From contig CBDASK010000003.1 in the NCBI GenBank assembly GCA_965199495.1, forward strand, positions 1,856,001 through 1,920,000: a stretch of 64,000 bases of DNA, read 5' to 3'. Below are positions 20,883-30,956 of this stretch, in pieces. Under the pieces are notes generated by a model. That model was given only the letters and a program-made list of their open reading frames with translations. It was not told the DNA's origin and did no database searches. Position numbers and translations under genes: made by a program. The number at the start of each line of letters is the position of its first letter. The first letter of the stretch is position 1. The DNA is from Abditibacterium sp. Its GTDB lineage: Bacteria; Armatimonadota; Abditibacteriia; Abditibacteriales; Abditibacteriaceae.

Positions 20883-21272
20883 TTAACCGGACGAAAGAGC
20901 GCCGTCAAAGACGCCTTTACCTCTATTTTTCGGGGCCGCAAACTTCGCGCGTGCGCCGCTTATTTCGTCCAAGCGCGCGTTCAGCGATTTCAATTCTTCG
21001 CCCGCCAATTTCGCCCGCGCCTTGTCCGCTTCGCTCCACTGTTTTTTGGCGAATAGCGCGCTATAAGTGCGTTTATATTGCTCGATGTCGCGCCCCAGTT
21101 TGTCGCGCTCAACTTCAATCGAATTCAATTCGATTTTTTGCTGCTGGCGCACTTGGTCGCGCTGAACTTTGTCGAAATGCGACCAGCCGATGAGCGCCAG
21201 CGAAAACAGCAGCCAAACGTAGGGAGGAAGCCGCCAGAACCAGAGCCACGCCGCCTTGAACTTTTGCTTCAT
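20883..21272 (-). CDS. Hypothetical membrane-anchored coiled-coil protein
   Basis: N-terminal aromatic/hydrophobic helix followed by a charged helical region. Confidence 0.6.
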   Translation of the reverse strand: MKQKFKAAWLWFWRLPPYVWLLFSLALIGWSHFDKVQRDQVRQQQKIELNSIEVERDKLGRDIEQYKRTYSALFAKKQWSEADKARAKLAGEELKSLNARLDEISGARAKFAAPKNRGKGVFDGALSSG

Positions 21273-21292
21273 GAACTGATTTTATCGCAAAT

Positions 21293-21910
21293 TCAATCCG
21301 TCGCCGAGGCGCCGACAACTGTCAACAATCGCGTTTGCGGCGAGTAAACCGTCCACCAAAACGCGCCCCACCATTCGTGTCCAGCATCGAAATAATTCGA
21401 CCAATTGGTTGACCAACTGTAAATTGCGCAATCGCTCAAATCGCCGTTCCATAATTGCTTGTTGACGCGCTCGAAAAGCTCGATCTGCTCTTTGGGCGAC
21501 AGTCTCAGAGGATACGGCGGATTGAAAAACGCGGTCTTGTAGCCGTCTCTTTCGGGAATCAAAAAGGAACTTTTTCCCGTCGGTGTGGGAAACGCGTCGT
21601 CGTTGCCCCAAAACTGCGCGGCACGAATCAGCGCGCCATTTAATTTGGCGGCGTCGAAACTCACGCGCCAAAACTGTTCGAGGGGAAAATCTCGGTTGCT
21701 CAAAGTTTGCGCGCGATGATCGTAAAACGCGGCGATGCGCTCCATCGCTTCGAGCGCCATTTGGGCGTGGCTGCTTTGGTCGGGCGCGTCGTTTTGTCGA
21801 AACGGCACGTAATTTAGCACGCAACCGATGTTATCGAGAACATCGAGCGTTTCGTTTAGATGCGGTTCGTCTGGCAAGGCAACAAATTGAGGAAAGGTGA
21901 GCGTTTGCAT
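21293..21910 (-). CDS. Hypothetical protein
   Basis: Trp-rich C-terminus WSTNWSNYFDAGHEWWGAFWWT...GASATD; co-oriented in a gene run. Confidence 0.7.
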   Translation of the reverse strand: MQTLTFPQFVALPDEPHLNETLDVLDNIGCVLNYVPFRQNDAPDQSSHAQMALEAMERIAAFYDHRAQTLSNRDFPLEQFWRVSFDAAKLNGALIRAAQFWGNDDAFPTPTGKSSFLIPERDGYKTAFFNPPYPLRLSPKEQIELFERVNKQLWNGDLSDCAIYSWSTNWSNYFDAGHEWWGAFWWTVYSPQTRLLTVVGASATD

Positions 21911-21929
21911 GAACGTTTTACGCGCGCGT

Positions 21930-22496
21930 TTACGCTTCAACTTTTAAATTGCCAAAACGCAGCCGCGTTTTCTCGATCATACGCGCAATCGAATCTTCGC
22001 CGCTCAACTTTTGCGCTTCGTCGAGGGAAACCCATTTCACCGCGCGCGATTCTTCGCTGACGACTGGCGCCTGTTCCAAATTGGCGCGCAGCAAAAAACG
22101 CACATCGTAATGAACGTGCGCGGGCGTGTTCCAGTATTCTGGAATATCGTGCGCGTCCACATCGAAAATCGCGTTGTCGTGCGCCCACACATCCAAACCG
22201 GTTTCTTCGCGCGCCTCGCGCACGGCGACGCTTAAAACGTCGCTTTCGTCTTCGCAATGTCCGCCGGGTTGCACCCATTTTTGCAGCTTATTATGAAACA
22301 CCAAAACCACGTTTTCGCCGCTTTCGTCCACGATCCACGACGAGCCGGTGACGTGCCCCCAATCGGGAGATTCGCCCGCCAAATCGCGCCCGAAGTGCGC
22401 GCCTTCAATCGCCAGAAACCGTTTTAATCGTTCGACCATCGCGCTTTCGTGCGCGTCGAAGGGCTGGTAATTTTCCAAAAGTTCGTTTAAATTCAC
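21930..22496 (-). CDS. NUDIX hydrolase
   Basis: PGGHCE...AVREAREETG Nudix box; HVTGS and HYDVRF motifs. Confidence 0.92.
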   Translation of the reverse strand: MNLNELLENYQPFDAHESAMVERLKRFLAIEGAHFGRDLAGESPDWGHVTGSSWIVDESGENVVLVFHNKLQKWVQPGGHCEDESDVLSVAVREAREETGLDVWAHDNAIFDVDAHDIPEYWNTPAHVHYDVRFLLRANLEQAPVVSEESRAVKWVSLDEAQKLSGEDSIARMIEKTRLRFGNLKVEA

Positions 22497-22596
22497 AATT
22501 TCAGTTTAGCGCGCTTGAAGCCGCTCCAAAACTTGAATGAGCACAAAAAACGCCGCGACAAATCCATATCGCGGCATTTTCTCGTTGGCTGTTCGC

Positions 22597-23793
22597 TCAA
22601 GGAGTTTGTAAATTCGGCAACTGATTGATAACGCCCGGTTTCAACACGCCCGGCTTGATGATAATGCCCGGATTTATGATGAGGTTGGGCGAAACGGTTT
22701 TGATGTAATAACCGTATTTGGCGTAGGTGCGGATGTAATCGTAGGAGAGATAGCCGTAGCCCGAATGTTGCCAATTCGCGCCCCACGAGTTTTTCACGAT
22801 GAAATACTTTTTGGCCGAGTCGAATCCGCAAATTACCATCGCGTGGCCCGCCGTGGCTGCCATCGGCTGGTTGGTCGCCGAGTTGATGACGACATCCAAA
22901 ACGCCGTCGGCGTTGGCGCTGCCCCACGCGACGAAAGTGCCGAAAACGATGTTGTTGCCCGCGCGCAAAACCGATTCCAGATAGCGCGGATTTTTGATGC
23001 TGGCCGCGCCATCCGCACCGCCATCGCTAATCAACTGGTAGGACGTAATTTTATACTTCTGCGCGGCGGCAGCGGCGGCGGGCACCGTCGTGTTGGCGGC
23101 TGGAATGCTGTTGGTATAGGGCCACAGGCTTTCCACGACAGTGCCATCGGCCAGATAAATCGCCGATTGGGTCGTTACGATGCCCTTGTCGTAATCGGGT
23201 TTGCGGTTCTCTTTGCGCATGAACAGATCGTAAGAATACTGTTCCGACAGGTCGTCGGGAATGGACTTGAAGGCCTCCATCGCGGCGTTGGCGGCATGGG
23301 CGACGCAGGTGCCGCGCGGCCCCTGATCGCGAATCGGCGTCATATCCGCGCGATGGTCAACGACCGTCGGAATGAAAACTTTGCCCAGCACAAACGGCGA
23401 TGTGCGAATCGTAGCGAGCGGCTCTTTGAGGCGAATATAGGGCGCGAACTCCTGCAAATCGGCGGGCACTTCGTCGGTGTTGACTTCGGGCGCTTGCATC
23501 AAATCCAGCGGAATCAGCGCTTTTTCCTCGCCGTTTTCCAATTTGATAAAGGGAATATCGGCTCTCAGGAAAAACCGGTTGTCGAAAGTGGCGGGCGCGA
23601 CTTTGAGTTTGGTCGCCAACAAATGCGCCTGAAGTTGCGGCGAAACGTTGACCTGAAAAGTTGGGACGTTCCTAATCTGCAAATTCGGTTGCAGATTTGG
23701 AATTTGAGCTTTGGCGGGCGCGCTCGCCAACAGACTTCCAGTCACGGCCAAGGCAAGTGGCAACGCGTGACGCGAGGAAAAAGATTTTAACAT
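22597..23793 (-). CDS. Secreted papain-like (C1) cysteine peptidase
   Basis: Signal peptide; IRDQGPRGTCVAHA, GHAMVICG and IVKNSWG catalytic motifs. Confidence 0.92.
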   Translation of the reverse strand: MLKSFSSRHALPLALAVTGSLLASAPAKAQIPNLQPNLQIRNVPTFQVNVSPQLQAHLLATKLKVAPATFDNRFFLRADIPFIKLENGEEKALIPLDLMQAPEVNTDEVPADLQEFAPYIRLKEPLATIRTSPFVLGKVFIPTVVDHRADMTPIRDQGPRGTCVAHAANAAMEAFKSIPDDLSEQYSYDLFMRKENRKPDYDKGIVTTQSAIYLADGTVVESLWPYTNSIPAANTTVPAAAAAAQKYKITSYQLISDGGADGAASIKNPRYLESVLRAGNNIVFGTFVAWGSANADGVLDVVINSATNQPMAATAGHAMVICGFDSAKKYFIVKNSWGANWQHSGYGYLSYDYIRTYAKYGYYIKTVSPNLIINPGIIIKPGVLKPGVINQLPNLQTP

Positions 23794-23956
23794 GGTTCTC
23801 TCCAGAGTAAATTCGCGCGATTCTAATCATTGACAATGACAAAATTATTTGTTCTATAATTAATGATTATTGAATTGCACATCTCTACTTTTACCACATT
23901 TACCAAAAAAAACAACCCGCGATAAAATCGCGAGTTGTTTTTATTTATCTTCGGCT

Positions 23957-24436
23957 TTAACCGGTGATATTGACAGTGATTTTATAAACCTTTGCAGGTT
24001 CTTTATCGGTTTCCCACGGGCGCGCATATTTCAGTTGCAGCGCGACTTTGCCGATACTTTTGGCCTTGAAGAAAAGCGTCTGAATGGTCGGCGCGCCGTC
24101 CAAATCATTGTCGGTCACGTCGAAGGCGGTTTCGCCATCGGGCGCCAGCAGTTTCTCGTCGGATTTGTCCACGCTCCACTCGTAGCCGGTCGAAGGATTG
24201 CTGCCCAGTTTCACCAACAAACGTTGGCCGACTTTGACCGAAACGGCTTTTCCGTTTTCCTTGTCGGTGACGATGACATCGTCTAATTTGGGCGTCAGGG
24301 GTTTTTCGGGCATGGCGGGTTTTTCGGGTTCGGGCACTGCGGTCTGCGCGTTGGCGCAACCGCCGAAAAGCGCGAGCGCAATTGTGGGCAACAAAGCGCC
24401 CGACACAGAAAGTCGAAAGAGTCGTAATTTTCGCAT
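23957..24436 (-). CDS. Chagasin-family (I42) cysteine peptidase inhibitor, probable lipoprotein
   Basis: NPSTGYEW and YARPWE loops; LFGGC lipobox-like site. Confidence 0.9.
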   Translation of the reverse strand: MRKLRLFRLSVSGALLPTIALALFGGCANAQTAVPEPEKPAMPEKPLTPKLDDVIVTDKENGKAVSVKVGQRLLVKLGSNPSTGYEWSVDKSDEKLLAPDGETAFDVTDNDLDGAPTIQTLFFKAKSIGKVALQLKYARPWETDKEPAKVYKITVNITG

Positions 24437-24587
24437 GGTTTCCTCCGCAAATTGGTTTGATAATTCAGACTATTTTATCAAGGGCGAGTTGCAAAATACG
24501 ACCACTTCACGTTCGGGAATGTTTCAACTCTCGCCCAAAGCGCCTTATGTAACAATCGGCATTACAATTGCCCTACACGCTCGCTCT

Positions 24588-25133
24588 ATGTCACCCCTTC
24601 AACTTGCCGGACAACCTTTGCCCGCCATCACGTTGCCGACTTTGAGCGGCGACCAAATCACGCTCGGTCAGGGTGGGGCGAGCGATTGGCACGTCGTTGT
24701 GGTTTATCGCGGCTTGCACTGCCCAATTTGCAAAAAATATCTGAGCCAACTCGAATCGCTCCAGAGCCAGTTCGCCGATGCCGGAGCCGACGTGATAGCT
24801 GTCAGCGCCGACCCGCAAGACAAAGCGCAACGGATGGCCGACGAAACCGGCGCAAGATTCCCCGTCGCCTACGATTTATCGCTGGAACAAATGCAGTCGC
24901 TGGGGCTTTTCATTTCCGATCCGCTTCCCGGCGAAACCGACCGGCCTTTCGCCGAACCAGGCCTATTCGTCGTCAATGCGCAGGGCATCGCCCAGCTCGT
25001 TGACGTGGCCAACGCGCCCTTTTTGCGGCCCGACTTGGACGGTTTGCCCGGTGGTCTGGCGTTCCTCAAGGCCAAAAATCATCCGGTGCGCGGCACCTAT
25101 TCTGCGGGTCAAACGGGCGACATCGCCGCATAA
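24588..25133 (+). CDS. AhpC/TSA peroxiredoxin-like redoxin
   Basis: YRGLHCPIC, FAEPGLFVV motifs; start MSPLQL. Confidence 0.85.
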   Translation: MSPLQLAGQPLPAITLPTLSGDQITLGQGGASDWHVVVVYRGLHCPICKKYLSQLESLQSQFADAGADVIAVSADPQDKAQRMADETGARFPVAYDLSLEQMQSLGLFISDPLPGETDRPFAEPGLFVVNAQGIAQLVDVANAPFLRPDLDGLPGGLAFLKAKNHPVRGTYSAGQTGDIAA

Positions 25134-25203
25134 AAATACGCAACGCGCGCGAACTTCAAGTTACAGTTTGGCGAGTTGCACGTTCAGAACAACTTCAAAA
25201 ATC

Positions 25204-25914
25204 ATGTCAAAAATCGCATTAATTACCGGCGCCAACAAGGGCATCGGACTCGAAACGGCGCGCCAACTGGCGCGCGATCACGGCTTCACCGTGTTGGTCG
25301 GCGCGCGCGACGAAGAGCGCGGCACAACTGCCACAAATGAACTGAAAAGCGCGGGGTTGGACGCGCAATTGTTAATCCTTGACCCGACCGACGCAGAATC
25401 TATTGCGAAAGCGGCGGCCAAAGTCGAGGCCGATTTCGGCCATCTGGACGTGTTGGTCAATAACGCGGGCACCGGCTCGAAAGAGGATGGCGCGTTGGTC
25501 GAATTGGACGCGTTGCGCGAGATTTACGATCTCAACGTTTTCGGCTTACACGCCGTCACGCGAGCGTTTTGGCCGTTGCTGGAAAAATCCGATGCCGCGC
25601 GTCTGGTCAACGTCTCCTCGATTTTGGGCAGCCTGACCTTAGTTAAAAACGGCGAATTTGGCGACCATAACGCTCTCGCTTACGATTCGAGCAAAGCCGC
25701 TGTCAACATGATGACGCTCCATTACGCACAAAAGTGGAAGGACACGCCGCATCGCGCCAACACGATTCATCCGGGCAGCGTTGTCACCGATCTCAATCCC
25801 GGCGGCGATATTCCGGTCGAAGAAGGCGCCAAAAGTTCGGTCGAAATGGCGACGGTTCCCAACGACGGGCCAAACGGAACTTACACGCATTTGGGCGAAA
25901 CTTTGCCCTGGTAA
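25204..25914 (+). CDS. Short-chain dehydrogenase/reductase
   Basis: TGANKGIG, LVNNAG, YDSSK. Confidence 0.92.
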   Translation: MSKIALITGANKGIGLETARQLARDHGFTVLVGARDEERGTTATNELKSAGLDAQLLILDPTDAESIAKAAAKVEADFGHLDVLVNNAGTGSKEDGALVELDALREIYDLNVFGLHAVTRAFWPLLEKSDAARLVNVSSILGSLTLVKNGEFGDHNALAYDSSKAAVNMMTLHYAQKWKDTPHRANTIHPGSVVTDLNPGGDIPVEEGAKSSVEMATVPNDGPNGTYTHLGETLPW

Positions 25915-25992
25915 CTTGCGAATTAATTCCAATCAAGGCGCCGTGGCTTATAGCCGCGGCGCCTTGATTGCGACGGATTAATGCTTAATTTT

Positions 25993-27078
25993 ATGTCTCA
26001 TTACCTTTTTACGCCGCTTCAAGTCGGCGCTTTTAACTTGCCCAATCGCGTCGTGTTGGCGCCGCTCACGCGTTGCCGCGCCGATGCTGGTCGCGTGCCG
26101 AGCGCGCAGGCCGTCGAGTATTATCGTCAACGCGCCAGCGCCGGTTTGATGCTGAGCGAAGCCACAGCGGTCATGCCGATGGGCGTGGGTTATCCCGATA
26201 CGCCCGGCATTTGGTCAGACGCACAAATCGAAAGTTGGAAGAAAGTTACCGAAGCGGTTCACGCGGCGGGCGGGCGTATTTTGCTGCAATTGTGGCACGT
26301 CGGGCGCATTTCCGATCCGATGTATCTGGACGGCGCGTTGCCGGTGGCTCCTTCGGCGATTGCGCCCGAAGGTCACGTTTCGCTCGTGCGCCCCCAAAAG
26401 CCGTATATTGTGCCGCGCGCGCTGCAAACCGACGAAATTCCTGCCATCGTCGAAGCGTTTCGCGTGGGCGCCCAAAACGCCAAAACCGCCGGTTTCGATG
26501 GCGTCGAAATTCACGGCGCCAATGGTTATTTGCTCGAACAGTTTTTGCTGGCCAAATCGAATGCGCGCACGGATAATTATGGCGGTTCGACCGAAAACCG
26601 CGCGCGTTTCCCGCTCGAAGTCGTGGACGCAGTGTTGTCGGTCTGGCCGTCGAATCGCGTGGGTTATCATCTGTCGCCCAACGCCGATGTCGGCAATTTG
26701 GCCGACGAAACTTCGGATGATTCGTATTTATACTTGGCGCGCGAACTGGGAAAACGCAATTTGGCGTTCATTTTCACGCGCGAAAGTCGCGACGGCGATT
26801 ATCTACAACCGAAAATCAAAGCCGAATTTGGCGGCATCACTATCGCCAATCAGGGTTTCACCAAAGCCGAAGCCGAAAAATTGCTGGAAAGCGGCGAGGC
26901 CGACGCCATCGCGTGGGGGCAATTGTTCATCGCCAACCCCGATTTGCCGATTCGTCTGCAAACCGACGCGCCGCTCAATGAACCAAATCCGGCAACGTTT
27001 TATCAATATCCCAGCGGCGACAAAAACGAAGGTTACACCGATTATCCGTCGCTGCGATTGACCAATTCCAGCTCGTAA
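25993..27078 (+). CDS. Old yellow enzyme alkene reductase (NemA-like)
   Basis: LAPLTR, QLWHVGR, EIHGANGYL, FIANPDL, GYTDYP. Confidence 0.93.
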   Translation: MSHYLFTPLQVGAFNLPNRVVLAPLTRCRADAGRVPSAQAVEYYRQRASAGLMLSEATAVMPMGVGYPDTPGIWSDAQIESWKKVTEAVHAAGGRILLQLWHVGRISDPMYLDGALPVAPSAIAPEGHVSLVRPQKPYIVPRALQTDEIPAIVEAFRVGAQNAKTAGFDGVEIHGANGYLLEQFLLAKSNARTDNYGGSTENRARFPLEVVDAVLSVWPSNRVGYHLSPNADVGNLADETSDDSYLYLARELGKRNLAFIFTRESRDGDYLQPKIKAEFGGITIANQGFTKAEAEKLLESGEADAIAWGQLFIANPDLPIRLQTDAPLNEPNPATFYQYPSGDKNEGYTDYPSLRLTNSSS

Positions 27079-27107
27079 AAGTAAACTGCGCGTTCGAGTC
27101 AATCCCG

Positions 27108-27689
27108 ATGCCCGACGCCGAATTTACCGACGAGACTTCTGCGCCCGACCCCAGCTACGGCGCCCGTGGCTGCGTGTTGTTTGCGAGCTTAAAGCACGTC
27201 TTCTGGCGCGCACCGCGCCGCTATGAATGGTTAATTTGCGCGCTTTTGCCGGTAGTTTGGCTGGGGTTTGGCGCGACGCCAATTCAATTACTATTGGTTT
27301 TGTGCGGTGCCGCGTTGGGAGTGCGCGGCGTAGAATTGGCTGACTATTACGGGCGAAATCAATGGCCGCACGACCAGCGCAAGCAACAATATCCGATCAA
27401 GGTTTATTACGCGATTTGGCTGCTGTTGCTACTTAGCGGACTCATCAAAGCCTTTTTCGTTCAGCTTTTCACAGAACCCGGCGAGACGTTAATCGGAATC
27501 GGAATTGTCGCCGCGTTTCTGGCGTGGTTGGCTCCGATGATGTGGTCGCTCGACCGCGTTTTCAAACCGTGGGCGCAGCGCGGCGGCGACAAAGTTGCGC
27601 CCGCACTTGTCTTCGTATTTTTGTGCGGATGTTGGTTTTTCGTTTCGATGTTTTTGCTATTGCACGTCACCGGCAAGCTGACTTCGTAG
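27108..27689 (+). CDS. Hypothetical membrane protein
   Basis: Four to five hydrophobic segments. Confidence 0.6.
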   Translation: MPDAEFTDETSAPDPSYGARGCVLFASLKHVFWRAPRRYEWLICALLPVVWLGFGATPIQLLLVLCGAALGVRGVELADYYGRNQWPHDQRKQQYPIKVYYAIWLLLLLSGLIKAFFVQLFTEPGETLIGIGIVAAFLAWLAPMMWSLDRVFKPWAQRGGDKVAPALVFVFLCGCWFFVSMFLLLHVTGKLTS

Positions 27690-27761
27690 AAATCTTATTG
27701 CAATGCTCGACTCCACTTCGCTCCCGCCGCCATCGCTTGTTGCAAGCAAAGGCATTTTCCC

Positions 27762-28298
27762 ATGAACCTTCCCGATTTATGGCGCTCGTTTTACGCGGGA
27801 AAATCGCCAATCGCGTATTTGTTGCGCGAGCAAATTCCTGACAAGTGGTTGCGTATCCACTCGCTACCAGAATCTAAGCGTTATGCGGAAGACGAGACCG
27901 AATCGTGCGAGATTTTGCGGCGCTATAATTGTGTGGCAAGCGATGTTTTGGGCGAAAACGCGGCGTGCGTTATTTTTCTCTCTGGATGGGAAGTTCACGA
28001 GTATCCCGATTTGTTCAACCAGTTCGAGCGCCAATTTTTTTATAGATTTCGCACCGAAGAGTTGCGTTTCACGATGTTCGCGGCGCAAACGCAGTGGCAA
28101 AGCCATCAGTTTGACGAGATATTGCATCGGGTTGCGAATTGGGAAATCGCCTCTCTTCCCTGGATGAACGCGCAAACCGGCGAAATTTTCGCGCCTTACG
28201 ACGGCGGCGCTGACTTATTTTTGAGTTCGACCGAACGCCGCAATGCGATGCGCGCCCGCTACTCCGATTGGCTTTCAACTTATCCCGGCGGGCTTTGA
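27762..28298 (+). CDS. Hypothetical protein (DUF3885-like)
   Basis: WLRIHSLPESKRY, APYDGGADL and YSDWLS motifs. Confidence 0.7.
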   Translation: MNLPDLWRSFYAGKSPIAYLLREQIPDKWLRIHSLPESKRYAEDETESCEILRRYNCVASDVLGENAACVIFLSGWEVHEYPDLFNQFERQFFYRFRTEELRFTMFAAQTQWQSHQFDEILHRVANWEIASLPWMNAQTGEIFAPYDGGADLFLSSTERRNAMRARYSDWLSTYPGGL

Positions 28299-28321
28299 AA
28301 ATTGCGTAGCAATTAAAGTGA

Positions 28322-28355
28322 AAAAGAGCGGCGTCAATTGTGACGCCGCTCTTTT
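28322..28355. terminator. Bidirectional intrinsic terminator
   Basis: aaaagagcggcgtca-attg-tgacgccgctctttt between convergent genes. Confidence 0.88.
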
Positions 28356-28361
28356 GCCAAT

Positions 28362-30314
28362 TTAATCCTCGACTTTCTCGAAGCCCAAAAAACTCTTGAG
28401 TTTTTCCCACCAGCTCTGCGCGGCGGTCTCAGACTTTCGCCCACTTTTGGCGGGCGGCGAATCGGTGCGGCGAAAAATATCCTCGGCGCGATTTCGACCT
28501 GTGCCCTCCGAATCATTGGCACCTTCAGCGCGGGCGCCACGTTCGGTTGTCGCGGCGGAAAAACGTTCCGCGTCGCCTGAATTTGAGGAGGCGGTCGCAT
28601 TCGTTTGCTCGGACGAGCGCGCGGCGGGGCGTAAAGACGTTCGTGAAAAAATGCTCTGGCCCGACGATTCGCCAGTTCTCGTGCTTTCCGGGCGTATCAC
28701 TTCGCCGCGCACACCTTCGCCGCGCGGTGGCGTTGTCCGGGCCTCGAAGCGAGGCGCCTCGAATGGGGCGCCATTGCCAGCAGGATTCGCATTCGCGTCG
28801 CTGGCGACGGGCGGCGTGGCTGCTGTTTCGGCGGAGGGACTTTGCGATGCTGACGCCTCTTTTGCAGCAGCCACCGGCGCGCCGGATTCCGATGTTCCAG
28901 TGGCGGCAGTTTGAGGCTGTGCGGGAGCCTTGGAAATCGGCGACGGCGCGAGCGGCGACGATTCCATGATGTTGGGCACGATATTAAGGAGCGGCTCGCC
29001 CTTGCCAGATTCTCTGGGCCGGGCCTCGGAGACGCGAGCTTCGGAAGCGCGGGCGGCGGAGGTAAAGCCGGGCGCCGTGGCTGCGTTTTCGCCGGAAGCG
29101 ATGGCGCCCCAGATGCGACGGCCTTCGAGCGTGGCGATGCGCGGAATCACGGCCTGATTGTTGGGCGATTGGCGTTGCGTCAACGCGAAGCGGCACAAAC
29201 CAACGCCCGTCGCCAGTTGCGGCATCGCGACTTGATCGCTCCAACCGGTCACGCCGTGCGGGTAGCCCAAGCGCACTGGCATCGCGAAAACCGTGCTGGC
29301 CAATTCGATGGCGCCCGGCAATAAGGCGCCGCCGCCGCTCAAAATCACGCCGCCCGGCACGCGCTGGGGCGCGCCACTGCTGTGCATCATTTCGTGCGCC
29401 AACTCGAACAGCTCGCTCATGCGCGCCTCGATGATTTCGCCCAAAATCGCGCGCGGAATCCGCAGACGCTCGTGCGTGCCCGACATCGTGACTTCGAGCG
29501 CCTCGCCGTGCGGAATCATCTCGCGCGTGGCCGCGCCCGACTCCAACTTCAAATCTTCGGCGACCTCGAACGGCGTGCGCAGTCCAATCGCGATGTCGCG
29601 CGTGACGTGATTGCCGCCGACCGGCAACACGCCCGAATAGACGATGGTGCCGTCGTGGAAAACCGCGATATCCGACGTGCCGCCGCCGATGTCAATCAAA
29701 ATCACGCCCATCTCGCGCTCGTCCGCCGTCGTGACGGCTTCGGCGGTGGCAATCGGCTCCAAAACCAGCGCGTCCACTTTCAGGCCCGCGCGCTCGACGC
29801 ACTGCACGGCGTTTTGCAGATAGGGCGCTTTGCCGGTGACGATATGAGTTTCGACTTCGAGTTTTTGGCCGGTCATGCCGATGGGCCGGTAAACGCCGCC
29901 GTGGCCGTCAACGGTGAAAGTGCGCGGCAGCGAATGAATAATTTCGCGGTCGCGCGGCACTTCCAAAGCCGCCGCCTGCAAAACGCGGCGCACATCGTCG
30001 CGGGTGATGGCGCCCTGCCCGCCCGCAACTGTCACGGCGGCGTGACGATTCGACGATTCGATATGTTCGCCGGTGACGCCGACGATGACGCCCCGGACTT
30101 TGACGCCCGCCATATGCGCGGCGCGCTCGACCGAGTGTTGGATGGCGGCGACGGTTTCTTCGACATCCACGACGACGCCGCGCTTGATGCCGCGCGAGGG
30201 CGTGCTGCCCACGCCGATGACGCGCAGACTGCCTTCGGCAGCCCCGGCGGCGATCACAGTGCCGACCTTGGTCGTGCCGATGTCGAGTCCAACAACAATT
30301 TCTTCGCGCGTCAC
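28362..30314 (-). CDS. ftsA: Cell division protein FtsA with a long C-terminal linker
   Basis: GLDIGTTKV, IDIGGGTSD, GGNHVTRDIA, IIEARMSE, LSGGGA; terminal WWEKLKSFLGF; probable GTG start at 30314. Confidence 0.95.
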   Translation of the reverse strand: MTREEIVVGLDIGTTKVGTVIAAGAAEGSLRVIGVGSTPSRGIKRGVVVDVEETVAAIQHSVERAAHMAGVKVRGVIVGVTGEHIESSNRHAAVTVAGGQGAITRDDVRRVLQAAALEVPRDREIIHSLPRTFTVDGHGGVYRPIGMTGQKLEVETHIVTGKAPYLQNAVQCVERAGLKVDALVLEPIATAEAVTTADEREMGVILIDIGGGTSDIAVFHDGTIVYSGVLPVGGNHVTRDIAIGLRTPFEVAEDLKLESGAATREMIPHGEALEVTMSGTHERLRIPRAILGEIIEARMSELFELAHEMMHSSGAPQRVPGGVILSGGGALLPGAIELASTVFAMPVRLGYPHGVTGWSDQVAMPQLATGVGLCRFALTQRQSPNNQAVIPRIATLEGRRIWGAIASGENAATAPGFTSAARASEARVSEARPRESGKGEPLLNIVPNIMESSPLAPSPISKAPAQPQTAATGTSESGAPVAAAKEASASQSPSAETAATPPVASDANANPAGNGAPFEAPRFEARTTPPRGEGVRGEVIRPESTRTGESSGQSIFSRTSLRPAARSSEQTNATASSNSGDAERFSAATTERGARAEGANDSEGTGRNRAEDIFRRTDSPPAKSGRKSETAAQSWWEKLKSFLGFEKVED

Positions 30315-30431
30315 TTCGATAGCTTTAAACTCCCAGTTAGATTTTACCCGACAAAAACCGGCGTCTTTCGTGGATGCGCCCAATTCGAGGCATCAACAAA
30401 GCCACAAAGCGAGGCTTTGTGGCTTTGAAGT

Positions 30432-30866
30432 TTACCCGACGCTTACGATTTCGGAATTGTCGGTTTCGATACGGACTTTCCCACGTTTGTAGCGCCATCT
30501 TTCGATTACCAAACGCCGCAATACAGCCAAATTGTTGAGAATACGCCCCGAAAACACCACGACCGCCGCGATCATCATCACCGAAATGCGGCCATCGCCG
30601 ACGCCGGTTTCCAAGCCCAAACGCTCGCCCAGCAAAACTAAACCGACGGCCAAGACCGAATTGATGACAAATCCCGACAAAAATATCGCGTTATCGAATT
30701 TATCGGTCAAGAAAGAACGTAAGCCGCCAATGACGGTATCCATGCCCGCCAGAAGCGCGACCGCGATGTAGCGGGCGAAGGCTTCGTTGGCGGGCAAAGC
30801 CATGCTCGACGAGAGCCAAAAGACGGCAAAACCCAGCGCTAAGGCTAAAAAAGGAAGAAGAAACAC
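30432..30866 (-). CDS. Small basic protein Sbp/DUF1290-like membrane protein
   Basis: YIAVALLAGMDTVIGGLR, FLSGF, GRILNNLAVLRR; position upstream of ftsA. Confidence 0.85.
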   Translation of the reverse strand: MFLLPFLALALGFAVFWLSSSMALPANEAFARYIAVALLAGMDTVIGGLRSFLTDKFDNAIFLSGFVINSVLAVGLVLLGERLGLETGVGDGRISVMMIAAVVVFSGRILNNLAVLRRLVIERWRYKRGKVRIETDNSEIVSVG

Positions 30867-30956
30867 GGGGAAAGGATAAAGGATTAAGGCGCAAGGATAA
30901 AGGTGGAAAACGCGACACTCGCTATGAATGCCCTAATTTTTATCCTTTATCCACGT

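Noticed and set aside
24198..25203. Long N-terminal extensions on ORFs 24198 and 24976
   Set aside because: They overlap neighbouring genes; family motifs begin at ATG 24588 and 25204
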